From an uncultured bacterium (lineage in GTDB: Bacteria > Fidelibacterota > Marinisomatia > SCGC-AAA003-L08 > GCA-2689995), in NCBI GenBank assembly GCA_964529325.1, contig CAZGWH010000006.1, forward strand, positions 12,424-64,009: a stretch of 51,586 nucleotides of DNA, in the 5' to 3' direction. Of this stretch, positions 12,929 through 22,025 are shown in pieces; the stretch's first letter is position 1, and every line of letters begins with the position of its first letter. The translations under genes and the position numbers were made by a program. Below the pieces are notes generated by a model. The model saw nothing but the letters and a program-made list of their open reading frames with translations. It was not told the origin of the DNA and ran no database searches.

Positions 12929-13657
12929 TTATAATTTATCCAAATATACTTCAGGGTTTTGTAAAAAAGATTTAGTTAAAGTAACATGCTCTAATTCATT
13001 ATATTTTACCAATTGAATTTGTGGTGTATCAAAAGTTAAAATTTCTGCATTAGGAAATGCCATAATTATTGGAGAATGAGTTGCAATAATAAATTGTGAA
13101 CCTTCTGAAACCATTTCTTTTAATAATGAAAGAAATCCAAGCTGTCTAAAAGGAGAAAGGGGTGCTTCTGGTTCATCTAATAAATATAATCCTTTCGGTT
13201 TTATCCGAGATTGAAATAATTCTAAAAAACTTTCTCCATGAGAATATGTTTCAAGGCCTCGCTCATAACTATTTTCTAATGCATTTAACTCATTTGCATG
13301 TGGCATTTTAGCCAAGCCTTTTGCGTATTCAGACCGATTTTTATATTCTTTATCTACAGTAATAATATCTTCTTTAATTTGTGCTTTTAATAAAGAGAGT
13401 TTTTTTGTGTAGCCAAAAAAATCTTCTGCACGCAGAAAAAATCCATTTTTTGTTTTCTTTGACCATGATAAATAAAAGCATTCTGATAATTTACGAACAT
13501 CGTTTAAGGTTTTATCATTTTGTATAGCATCACTCCCCACAACAATTGAGCCTATATTGCATGCTAACGCTTCTATAAATGTTGATTTCCCTGACCCATT
13601 TTCTCCCACCAAAAAAGTAACAGGTGAATTTAATTCAATGGTTTTTAAGCTTTTCAA
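12929..13657 (-). CDS. Stand-alone ABC/AAA-type predicted ATPase (COG3910-like); true start probably further upstream
   Basis: GENGSGKS, FFLRAE, SHGESF, LYLLDEPEAPLSP, IIATHSPI. The frame stays open to 13750 and encodes family-like EFPFNLPIL upstream of the TTG. Confidence 0.85.
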   Translation of the reverse strand: MKSLKTIELNSPVTFLVGENGSGKSTFIEALACNIGSIVVGSDAIQNDKTLNDVRKLSECFYLSWSKKTKNGFFLRAEDFFGYTKKLSLLKAQIKEDIITVDKEYKNRSEYAKGLAKMPHANELNALENSYERGLETYSHGESFLELFQSRIKPKGLYLLDEPEAPLSPFRQLGFLSLLKEMVSEGSQFIIATHSPIIMAFPNAEILTFDTPQIQLVKYNELEHVTLTKSFLQNPEVYLDKL

Positions 13658-13750
13658 AATAGGTAAATTAAAAGGAAACTCTTCAACCGACTTTTGAGAA
13701 TCAATTCGATATGAAATAGATTTTAAAATAGTTTTTTTAACATAAAAAAT

Positions 13751-14182
13751 TTAGTGAATAATTTTTTCTAATCTTTCTTCCAATTCTTTCGATGATAAAT
13801 TTTCTCGGTGTGTAGCAATCCACCATTGATTCCCACAAGAATCTTCCACCGCCGCATTTCTATCTCCATAAAACTGATTTTGAGGCTCCATAATTGAAAT
13901 TGCTCCTGCGTCTATTGCTTTTTTATATGTTTTATCTACATTTTCAACATATACATATAACATTGCAGGAAATAATTTGCTTCCGTCTTTACTATTACCA
14001 ATCATAATAATAGTGTCGCCAATTTGGAACTCAGCATGCATAATTTCACCATTATCTTCCATTTTTTCAACAACAATAGCATTAAACACATTTTCTGCAA
14101 ACTTAATTGTATCATTTGCATTTTTCACAACAATATATGAACTAACATCATGATAGCCATTTGGTTTATAATATACACTCAT
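13751..14182 (-). CDS. VOC/glyoxalase superfamily protein (PhnB-like)
   Basis: IMHAEFQIGD, LYVYVENVD, QFYGDR..VEDSCGNQWWIATH. Confidence 0.92.
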   Translation of the reverse strand: MSVYYKPNGYHDVSSYIVVKNANDTIKFAENVFNAIVVEKMEDNGEIMHAEFQIGDTIIMIGNSKDGSKLFPAMLYVYVENVDKTYKKAIDAGAISIMEPQNQFYGDRNAAVEDSCGNQWWIATHRENLSSKELEERLEKIIH

Positions 14183-14964
14183 TACATTCCCCTTTCTTCT
14201 CGAAGTTGTTTTTGTTTAAGAAGATTTTTTTGATATTTTGTTTGAACTAAATCTGTTAAAACTAAAATTGAAATAACAAAATAAAAAGTTGCTTTACTCA
14301 TTGCGGTAATTTCGTGCCCAAATAAATGGAGGTGTGCCATGTGCCCACCTTCGGTAAGTAACATTATTCCAACAATAAATAATACAAATAGCCCAAGAAC
14401 TTCATATATTCTATTTTTTTGAAGAAAAGAAGAAACGGTTTCTGCAAGTTGAATCATTAAGATTCCGCTGATAATTATTGCTATTGCCATAATCCAAAAG
14501 TTATCTGTTAATGCCATTGCACTTAAAATTGAATCAAAGGAAAAAACAAGATTCATTGCCACAATTAATAAAATAATTTTATTTGCAGAAGATCCGCCCC
14601 CCTCTGCTGTTTCATTTTCATCTAACAACAACATGTGGAAAATTTCTTTTACGGCGGTATAGAGTATAAATCCGCCTCCAAACAACACAATTAAACTGTG
14701 CAGGTTAAATTCACAGCTAATAATATGTCCAATATTTATTCCAAATAAAGGGCTTTGAAAATATCCAATTATTTGAGTGAGAACAAAAAGGAGCACAATT
14801 CTTAAAACAACGGCAATTCCAATTCCTAATTTTCTAACTTTTGCCTGTTCAGAAGCGGGAGCTCGTTTAGATTCTAATGAAATATATAGTAAATTATCAA
14901 ATCCTAAAACAGCTTGTAATAGAATTAGAAACCCGAGTGTTATTAAATGTTCAAATGAAAACAT
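14182..14964 (-). CDS. TerC-family integral membrane protein
   Basis: LQAVLGFDNLLYI and NLVFSFDSIL motifs; several hydrophobic helices; no CBS domain. Confidence 0.88.
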   Translation of the reverse strand: MFSFEHLITLGFLILLQAVLGFDNLLYISLESKRAPASEQAKVRKLGIGIAVVLRIVLLFVLTQIIGYFQSPLFGINIGHIISCEFNLHSLIVLFGGGFILYTAVKEIFHMLLLDENETAEGGGSSANKIILLIVAMNLVFSFDSILSAMALTDNFWIMAIAIIISGILMIQLAETVSSFLQKNRIYEVLGLFVLFIVGIMLLTEGGHMAHLHLFGHEITAMSKATFYFVISILVLTDLVQTKYQKNLLKQKQLREERGM

Positions 14965-14972
14965 AATTTCCT

Positions 14973-15557
14973 TTATTTAGTTGGTTTTAAAAATGCATAC
15001 TGTTGCCAAAAATTAATAGATTCTGCCCATTCATCGGAAGAATAATTTGCAGAAGTACCTCCCGGTAATTGGAGCTGATTACGCATCATTGTTACAGGCC
15101 CCATGGGTAATTTTTTTATTCCCTCAGGAACTGCTTGGATTGAAATTAATTCCCAATCCGCATTTGTTGACTGTTCATTTGTTTCCGCTAAAACATCATG
15201 GCGATATAGAATTAAATCTACTCGTCCAGTCGGTAATAAATTCCCAGATAATGCTCTAATTTGAATATATGGTTTTTCTTGCTCTCTTCTTTTTGTCATT
15301 ATTGCCTCTAAAACAGTATATTCGTCTATTTTTACCATGGGTGAATAGAAATGTTTATTCATTAAGGGTTCACACTTTATAAGAATTACCCCATCCCTAT
15401 ATCCTTCAATAATTGAGTTAGGATTATTATTGAGTTGGTTTTCTGCATATTCAGCAATTTCTTGAAAAGTTAAATCGAGACTGAATGTTTTTCCAGACCC
15501 TTCAACTTGTCTTAATACAAATTCATTTACCGCAACTGTTTGTCGATGTTTTGTCAT
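14973..15557 (-). CDS. DUF3228-family protein
   Basis: FVLRQ N-terminus, DLILYRHDVL, WELISI and PMGPVTMMRN match my recollection of DUF3228. Confidence 0.75.
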   Translation of the reverse strand: MTKHRQTVAVNEFVLRQVEGSGKTFSLDLTFQEIAEYAENQLNNNPNSIIEGYRDGVILIKCEPLMNKHFYSPMVKIDEYTVLEAIMTKRREQEKPYIQIRALSGNLLPTGRVDLILYRHDVLAETNEQSTNADWELISIQAVPEGIKKLPMGPVTMMRNQLQLPGGTSANYSSDEWAESINFWQQYAFLKPTK

Positions 15558-15611
15558 AACTATAATTCCAGTTAAATTTCATCTATAATTTTACAGCTAA
15601 AAGAGAGCATT

Positions 15612-16430
15612 ATGAAAAACTTAAATGGAAAAACTGCAATAGTTACAGGTGCATCCCGCGGAATTGGTGTACATATTGTAAATTCGCTTACACAAAAAGG
15701 CGTAAATGTAATTGGAATTGCACGGAGTAAAGAAGGATTAGAGAATACAAAAGAAATAGTAAAAAGTAATTTAGGCAATTTTGAATATATTCAATTTGAT
15801 TTGTCGGAAACTTCAAAACTAGATAATTTAACAAATCAATTTATGGATAAAGAAATTGATTATTTGGTTAATAATGCAGGAATAGAAATTTATAGGAGCT
15901 TTGAAGACTATAAATTAGAGGATATTCAAAAAATTGTGAATGTTAATTTACTTGGTCCAATGGAATTAACGCGGTTATTAATTCCTAAAATAAAAGCCAA
16001 CAAAGGAAATATAGTTAACATTGCATCTCTAGCAGGAAAAAAAGGAGTGATATATAACGGAATATATTCAGCAACCAAAGCAGGGTTAATTTTATGGAGC
16101 GATGCACTTGACCAAGAATTAAAAGAGTTTAAAGTTGGTGTGACAGCTGTTTGCCCTGGTTATATTGCCGATACTGGAATGTTTAAAGATGGAGGCTATG
16201 CTCCACCTTCATTATTGGGAGAATCCGCGCCTCAATTAGTTGGGAAAGCGGTAATTGATGCAATTACAAAAGGTAAAAAAGAAATCATCGTAAATAGTGG
16301 TCCTATTCGTCCTCTTTTAGCAATTGGTCAAATTTTTCCAAGAGTAAGTGATATTATAATTGATTGGTTTGGAGTTCCAGAGCTATGTAGGAAAAGAGCA
16401 TTTGAGTCAAAAGGTGGAAATAGAACTTAA
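15612..16430 (+). CDS. Short-chain dehydrogenase/reductase
   Basis: TGASRGIG, NNAG, catalytic YSATK. Confidence 0.95.
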   Translation: MKNLNGKTAIVTGASRGIGVHIVNSLTQKGVNVIGIARSKEGLENTKEIVKSNLGNFEYIQFDLSETSKLDNLTNQFMDKEIDYLVNNAGIEIYRSFEDYKLEDIQKIVNVNLLGPMELTRLLIPKIKANKGNIVNIASLAGKKGVIYNGIYSATKAGLILWSDALDQELKEFKVGVTAVCPGYIADTGMFKDGGYAPPSLLGESAPQLVGKAVIDAITKGKKEIIVNSGPIRPLLAIGQIFPRVSDIIIDWFGVPELCRKRAFESKGGNRT

Positions 16431-16855
16431 TGTGGATTCAAAAAGAGGTTCATATTTTGGCAAAACCAAGAGGGTTTCATTTAATTACAGATGATATTTT
16501 AATAGAAATTCCAGAAATAAAGTCTATAAAAATTGGATTAATCAATGTATTCATTAAACATACTTCCGCATCACTAACAATTAATGAAGACGCCGATCCA
16601 ACAGTACGGTTAGATTTTGAATCTCATTTTAATAAAATGGTTCCTGAAAATCAAACCTACTATCAACATACATTTGAAGGGTCTGATGATATGCCTGCAC
16701 ATTTAAAGACAAGTATTTTAGGGTCGAGCATTCAACTTCCAATTACAAATGGAAAATTAAACTTAGGAACATGGCAGGGAATTTATTTGTGTGAACATCG
16801 AAATCATGGTGGAAACAGAAAGTTGGTTGTTACAGTTTTAGGAGAAAATGAATAA
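16430..16855 (+). CDS. yjbQ: YjbQ/UPF0047 family (secondary thiamine-phosphate synthase)
   Basis: HTSASLTINE.ADP.V, EGSDDMPAHLK, LGTWQGIYLCEHR. Confidence 0.95.
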   Translation: MWIQKEVHILAKPRGFHLITDDILIEIPEIKSIKIGLINVFIKHTSASLTINEDADPTVRLDFESHFNKMVPENQTYYQHTFEGSDDMPAHLKTSILGSSIQLPITNGKLNLGTWQGIYLCEHRNHGGNRKLVVTVLGENE

Positions 16856-16857
16856 AT

Positions 16858-17085
16858 CTATTCCAATATTTTTCCATCTAAAAATCGGTCTATTTTTTTG
16901 AGATTATTTTTATCATCAAAATAGCCAATTGCGAGATAGTGTGCTGAAATAATTAATTCTTGATTTGGAGGAGAGGGCTCTATTGAGTTTAGGGTAATTT
17001 TAATTACTTGTTCTTTTTTTATTTTTTCAGATTTTTCACAGCTAAATAAAAAAATAATTATAAGGGTTATAAAACCTAATTTCAA
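16858..17085 (-). CDS. Small putative lipoprotein, possibly a fragment
   Basis: MK + hydrophobic stretch + FLFSC lipobox; fills the gap between two clear genes; 75 aa. Confidence 0.5.
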   Translation of the reverse strand: MKLGFITLIIIFLFSCEKSEKIKKEQVIKITLNSIEPSPPNQELIISAHYLAIGYFDDKNNLKKIDRFLDGKILE

Positions 17086-17142
17086 TTTAATATATTTTTT
17101 TAATATAAAAATAAAAAACGTTCACATAAACTTCCTTAGTTA

Positions 17143-18246
17143 TTATAAAATTTCCTTTAAAGCATTTATCAGCTTATCTACATTCTCTTTATGTGCAGAA
17201 TGACCCATTAGCCCAATTCGCCATATTTTTCCAGCAAACGGCCCTAAACCAGCGCCAATTTCTATTTGATATTCATTTAAAAGGGAGGTTCTTATTTTTG
17301 CATCATCTACCCCTTCTGGAATTAAAACTGAATTAAGAGATGGAAGCCGAAATTCTTTTTCAACTAAAAACTCAAGCCCTAGTTTATTTAATCCTTCTGC
17401 TAAATATAAATGAACTTCTTGGTGTCGAATTATTGTATTTTCAAGCCCCTCAATAACAACATCTGAAAGACCTTGATAAAGTGCATACATCATATTTACA
17501 GGAGCGGTATGATGATAGGCTCTTTTTTGTCCATCCCAATATTTAATTAATTCAGTCATATCTAAATACCAATTTGGGATTTGCTTTTCTCTTGCCTTCA
17601 TTTTCTGAATTGCTTTATATGAAAATGAAACAGGAGATGCTCCGGGAGGACAAGAAAGCCCTTTTTGAGAACAACTATATACAGCATCAATATTCCATTC
17701 ATCAACATTTAACTCGATTGTACCAAAACTTGTTACTGCATCTACAATATACAAAGTATCGTTTGGTATATATTTAGATATTTCTTCTACAGGGTTTCTG
17801 ATACCTGTAGAAGTTTCAGCATGAACAACAGCTACAATATCATAATTCTTTTCATTTATTTTTTTCCCAACAATATTAGGATCTGCTGGTAATCCCCAGT
17901 CAAAATTTAAAATATCAATATTTGCCCCTAACCGAGAGCACATATTTTCCATTCTCATACTAAAATAACCATTTTGAACAATGAGAACTTTATCGCCAGG
18001 ATTTACAAGATTAACAAAACAAGACTCCATCGCCGCCGAACCAGTTCCAGAAACAGCAGTGCAAAATTCATTTTCAGTTAAGAATAGAGTTTTTAACATA
18101 GATTTAATTCCATCCATAACTTCAATAAACCGAGGGTCTAAATGCCCAATAGTTGGTGTTTTAAGTGCTTCATATACGCGTGGAGATACCGAAGAAGGAC
18201 CTGGTCCCATTAATAATGTTGGTTTAATATTTTGAAGTAAATTCAT
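17143..18246 (-). CDS. Alanine-glyoxylate/serine-pyruvate aminotransferase family (class V PLP enzyme)
   Basis: LLMGPGPS, VHAETSTG, DAVTS, PLP-lysine motif SCSQKGLSCPPG, YHHTAP, WRIGLMG. Confidence 0.94.
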   Translation of the reverse strand: MNLLQNIKPTLLMGPGPSSVSPRVYEALKTPTIGHLDPRFIEVMDGIKSMLKTLFLTENEFCTAVSGTGSAAMESCFVNLVNPGDKVLIVQNGYFSMRMENMCSRLGANIDILNFDWGLPADPNIVGKKINEKNYDIVAVVHAETSTGIRNPVEEISKYIPNDTLYIVDAVTSFGTIELNVDEWNIDAVYSCSQKGLSCPPGASPVSFSYKAIQKMKAREKQIPNWYLDMTELIKYWDGQKRAYHHTAPVNMMYALYQGLSDVVIEGLENTIIRHQEVHLYLAEGLNKLGLEFLVEKEFRLPSLNSVLIPEGVDDAKIRTSLLNEYQIEIGAGLGPFAGKIWRIGLMGHSAHKENVDKLINALKEIL

Positions 18247-18280
18247 AATTATAATCTTTAGTTCGTTTTAAAATGATAAA

Positions 18281-18309
18281 TAAAAAGCCCCTTCAATAGA
18301 AGAGGCTTT
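18281..18309 (-). terminator. Intrinsic terminator after tRNA-His
   Basis: Minus-strand hairpin AAAGCCUCUUC-UAUU-GAAGGGGCUUU running into a U-rich tract. Confidence 0.8.
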
Positions 18310-18310
18310 G

Positions 18311-18385
18311 GGTGGCTGATGGGATTTGAACCCACGACAACCGGAATCACAATCCGGTGCTCTAACCAGCTGAACTACAGCCACC
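18311..18385 (-). tRNA. tRNA-His (GUG)
   Basis: Cloverleaf: G-1, acceptor GTGGCTG/CAGCCAC, D arm GTTC/GAGC, anticodon arm CCGGA-TTGTGAT-TCCGG, T arm GTGGG-TTCAAAT-CCCAT, discriminator C. Confidence 0.97.
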
Positions 18386-18450
18386 ATTAAATTTGTACTG
18401 CAACTATTGATAATTTACATCATTATAGCTGAATAGAATAAAAGGAAAGT

Positions 18451-19161
18451 TTATTCATCAACCTCTTTCAGGAATGATTCGCCATCCCATTCAAAACCTT
18501 CATAAGAAAACCCTGAAAAAGCATCAATAGTATTAATTTTATTTAGTGCAATAAAACGAATAAACTCACCTTTAACAGCTTTTCCATAATGTCCAGCTGT
18601 AACTTTTTTACCTAACTTTTTATTCAGAATCAAAAACTCAACCTCAACAACATTTACATCTTTTTTAATATATGATTTCCGATGCACTTGAGGAAGTAAA
18701 TCGATTATCAAATCTTCTTTTTTTAATATTTCAGTTAATCGGGGTTTCCAAAAATATTGAATAGAATGTACATTCATTTTAAGTTTATAATTTGGAATGA
18801 GTGTTTTGGGAGTAACGAGTCCAAATAATCCAGAAAAAATTCGAATATGATCATCCATATAGTTTCGGGCATGTTCTGGTAGTGTTTCCCAATTTATATG
18901 GTCATATACAACACCAGTGTAGCGATCAATTGCGTGGCAAACCCGACTATTAAGTGCATCTTGATTTTGACGATGAAATATTTCAGCTTTTTCTTGAGAA
19001 GTTCCATAGATAGACCTAATCTCATTATTTCCAATTAAGCTTAATAATCGAATAACCATTTTAACATCATCTATATATTCAAAATTGGTATCGCCAAATT
19101 TAATATCCATTGGCTTTTTAATATTAGCCTTACCCTCGCTAGGCGGAATTAATATTTTCAA
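18451..19161 (-). CDS. yaaA: Peroxide-stress protein YaaA (DUF328)
   Basis: MKILIPPSEGK, AIDRYTGVVY, IFSGLFGL, YKLKM, KAVKG; TTG start with GGAG upstream. Confidence 0.85.
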   Translation of the reverse strand: MKILIPPSEGKANIKKPMDIKFGDTNFEYIDDVKMVIRLLSLIGNNEIRSIYGTSQEKAEIFHRQNQDALNSRVCHAIDRYTGVVYDHINWETLPEHARNYMDDHIRIFSGLFGLVTPKTLIPNYKLKMNVHSIQYFWKPRLTEILKKEDLIIDLLPQVHRKSYIKKDVNVVEVEFLILNKKLGKKVTAGHYGKAVKGEFIRFIALNKINTIDAFSGFSYEGFEWDGESFLKEVDE

Positions 19162-19182
19162 AATTACTCCAAATTATTTCAA

Positions 19183-19770
19183 TTAAACACCGAGTGAATC
19201 TACTTCTGTTGAGATTAATTCTGGTTCAACGGGTTTTTCACCCCAATATGTTTCAGATGTATTTAAAATGTGAATTACACTTTCACTTGTTTCATATACA
19301 TTTTTTAATACATCCTTGTTTTCATTTTCATTTCTTAATCGAACAAAATTATGAGCCCAATCAGATTTTGATCTACCAAAAACAAAATAACCAATGGTAT
19401 TATCTGAACTATTTAATAAAATGAGATGTGTTCCTGTAGAGTCATCCACCGAATAGTTTATCCAATTAGATTCTTTTTTAGATCGAATGGTTGTTCGTTT
19501 AACCTCTAATACTTTATCAAATAATTCGTCTATTCGGTTTTGTCGTATAACCAATGTATCTATTCCTGCAATACTCCAAATCGTATCTTGTTTTTCTAGT
19601 TGAATTGCACTTTCACCAGACTGAATTAATACTTTTGCAATGTCAGATTTATTTCCGTAAAAAATAACATCCTGTTTTGTTAAATTAGCATTTTGATTAT
19701 AATTCGTTAAAAAATATAATCCTACCAAAACCACAGCTATAATTACAACATTTTTTAGGGGATTATTCAT
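19183..19770 (-). CDS. DUF4340-like exported protein associated with the Gld-type ABC system
   Basis: Likely start MNNPLKN at 19770 overlapping the upstream stop; N-terminal TM anchor; usual position after a GldG-like gene. Confidence 0.65.
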   Translation of the reverse strand: MNNPLKNVVIIAVVLVGLYFLTNYNQNANLTKQDVIFYGNKSDIAKVLIQSGESAIQLEKQDTIWSIAGIDTLVIRQNRIDELFDKVLEVKRTTIRSKKESNWINYSVDDSTGTHLILLNSSDNTIGYFVFGRSKSDWAHNFVRLRNENENKDVLKNVYETSESVIHILNTSETYWGEKPVEPELISTEVDSLGV

Positions 19771-21289
19771 ACATATACTCCAATTTATGTGTTCTTGCTT
19801 TTTCTGACCTTGATTTAAAGAATGCAAATAATAAAATTAATAGTGCAGGAAGAAAATAATTTAATTTTTTCCAAAAAGATTTAACCCCTACATCTTGAGC
19901 ATCTGCATTTAATGGACGAGTTGTAATTTCTCTTGAACGCAACGCAATTAAATCACTATCACCAACCATATAATCAACAGAATTTAATGCAAAAGTTAAA
20001 TTTTCAGGCATTCTACCTCCACCATCATCAGATATAAACCGAGAATCTGCAACGACAATAATTTTACTCTCTAACCCTGATTCATTATTTTGATAAGTAG
20101 CTAATGCGGCGACATTAAATGGACCTTCATTTAAGCTATTAAATGATGGGTTGTCAATAGGTGTCAAATTATAAAACTCTTCCATCGCGGTTGATTGTGA
20201 GGATGTGATAAATAATGGTGTAAATGAGCCTATACCAAGTCCTAGTGTATCAATATAAGGATTTACTTCGCTTGGAAATAAAACTTGAATCATTTCTAAT
20301 CCGCTAACGACAATTTGTTCTTCTGAAAAATCAGTTATTTTCGGGAAGAAAGGATAGTCCTTAGCTGAATTCATTCTAAAAAATCCCTGGTTTTGGCTAA
20401 TTGTAACCTGACCACAGTTTTTATCAAGGACTAAGTTTTCATTAATTGACACACCATAATTTTCTAACAGTGTAAATAAATTTGAAGGAATAGGTTGAGC
20501 CGACTGAGCTTGAATATCTGTTTTTATTCTATTTTGTGCTAAGAATAAACTTCCACCCATTGCTAAATAGTTATCCAAATTAGAATATTGGCTATTTGTT
20601 AAAGAATCAGCTACATCGCTTAAAATTAAAACACTTATATTTTGTGGCACAGGTGTGTCTAGGTTGACAGGCTGTATATCATAAGTTTGCCTTAATAATT
20701 CAGAAATGCTTTGATTTTTTGATTGTGGGTTTGGAGTACCCAAAGAAGCCAGTCCAATTGTCTCTTTATTAACATTAATCAGTTTTTTAATTGTGGATGT
20801 AATTGTGTATTCAAGACCAGTTGTTGTTTGAATAACAGGAATACTTTCTTTTTTATCCCCATACATAATGACCATACCCATGAAAACTTGTTTTATTTCC
20901 ATTTTGTCATTTTCAATCACATTTAATTGAACAGGCTGAATTCCTGATTTTTGAGCTTCTGTTTTAAACTCTTCAGAATCATCTGAAGTAAAAAATTCAA
21001 AATCAATATATTCATTATTTACGGCACGATATTCTTCTAATAAATCTTGAAGATACCGTTTATTATTTCCAAGCTCACTTCCTAAGTCTTCAGAAAAGTA
21101 TGCTCTCATAATTAATAAATCATCAATATTTTCTAAAACAGTTTTACTCGATTCTGAAATTGTAAACATTTGAGTGTCTGTTAAATCAAATCGCCCATAA
21201 TAACTTCTGGAAATATAGTTTAAAAGAAATATAGCTACAATTAATAAACCGAGATAAATCGCAAAATTATTTTTATTTTCTACTTTCAT
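19763..21289 (-). CDS. GldG-like ABC transporter auxiliary/periplasmic component
   Basis: RFDLTD..FTISESSK, LLEEY, GIQPVQ, LEYTIT, NLTFALNSVDYM..D..LIALRSR; TM helices at both ends. Confidence 0.88.
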   Translation of the reverse strand: MKVENKNNFAIYLGLLIVAIFLLNYISRSYYGRFDLTDTQMFTISESSKTVLENIDDLLIMRAYFSEDLGSELGNNKRYLQDLLEEYRAVNNEYIDFEFFTSDDSEEFKTEAQKSGIQPVQLNVIENDKMEIKQVFMGMVIMYGDKKESIPVIQTTTGLEYTITSTIKKLINVNKETIGLASLGTPNPQSKNQSISELLRQTYDIQPVNLDTPVPQNISVLILSDVADSLTNSQYSNLDNYLAMGGSLFLAQNRIKTDIQAQSAQPIPSNLFTLLENYGVSINENLVLDKNCGQVTISQNQGFFRMNSAKDYPFFPKITDFSEEQIVVSGLEMIQVLFPSEVNPYIDTLGLGIGSFTPLFITSSQSTAMEEFYNLTPIDNPSFNSLNEGPFNVAALATYQNNESGLESKIIVVADSRFISDDGGGRMPENLTFALNSVDYMVGDSDLIALRSREITTRPLNADAQDVGVKSFWKKLNYFLPALLILLFAFFKSRSEKARTHKLEYMYE

Positions 21290-21293
21290 TATC

Positions 21294-22025
21294 TTATCTC
21301 CACCTTCTTGATTCTAATGATCTTACCGATAGATTCATAAATAAAAAGCTCATCGATAAAAAGTAAATAATATTTCGTGTATCTAATACACCTCTTGAAA
21401 TGTTTGATAAATGAAAATCTACACTCATGTATTGTAATAAACCCGCAAGCGTTGCAGAAGGAACAAAAATCAACACCTTATCCATCATAAAAAACAATAA
21501 CACAATTCCAAAACTTGAAAGCAATGCATATACTTGGTTATCGGTTAAGCTACTTGCAAAAATTCCAATTGAAGAATAAAAAGCACCTAAAAGAATGAGT
21601 CCAAAATAACCACAGAGAATTGCTCCGGTATCAATTTCAGATCCGAAACGATAAACTGTTAATACATGGATTATTGTGAATCCTAAACTAGTTACAATAA
21701 TTGTAATTGCAGATAAAAATTTACCAATTATATATTCATAATCTGTAATTGGAAGAGTTGTCATTATTTCCATCGTGCCAATATTCCAATCTCTAGAAAC
21801 CATCCCCATTGTTATTGCAGGAATTAGAATTATATATAAAAGAGGAATAATTGAAAATAATCCACGAAGATCAGATTGTCCAATTAGAAAGAATGGACTA
21901 GTGAAAAAATATCCACTAACAACGGCAAATACAAAAAGAAAAATATATGCCATTGGGCTATTAAATGCAGATTGTAATTCACGATTATAAATTGCTCGGA
22001 TATTTGAGAAATTTTTATTACGCAT
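21294..22025 (-). CDS. GldF-like ABC-2 permease
   Basis: RELQSAFNSPMAY, IPAITM, GTMEIMTTLP, SSLTDNQ, RGVLDTR; about six TM helices. Confidence 0.9.
   Translation of the reverse strand: MRNKNFSNIRAIYNRELQSAFNSPMAYIFLFVFAVVSGYFFTSPFFLIGQSDLRGLFSIIPLLYIILIPAITMGMVSRDWNIGTMEIMTTLPITDYEYIIGKFLSAITIIVTSLGFTIIHVLTVYRFGSEIDTGAILCGYFGLILLGAFYSSIGIFASSLTDNQVYALLSSFGIVLLFFMMDKVLIFVPSATLAGLLQYMSVDFHLSNISRGVLDTRNIIYFLSMSFLFMNLSVRSLESRRWR

Noticed and set aside
12929-18385. Possible genomic island integrated at tRNA-His
   Set aside because: No integrase or transposase, no duplicated tRNA 3' end found near the yggS boundary, and the tRNA terminator is intact and adjacent.
19771-19827. Longer start for the DUF4340-like gene
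   Set aside because: It lies inside the GldG-like CDS; ATG 19770 gives a normal N-terminal anchor and stop/start overlap.
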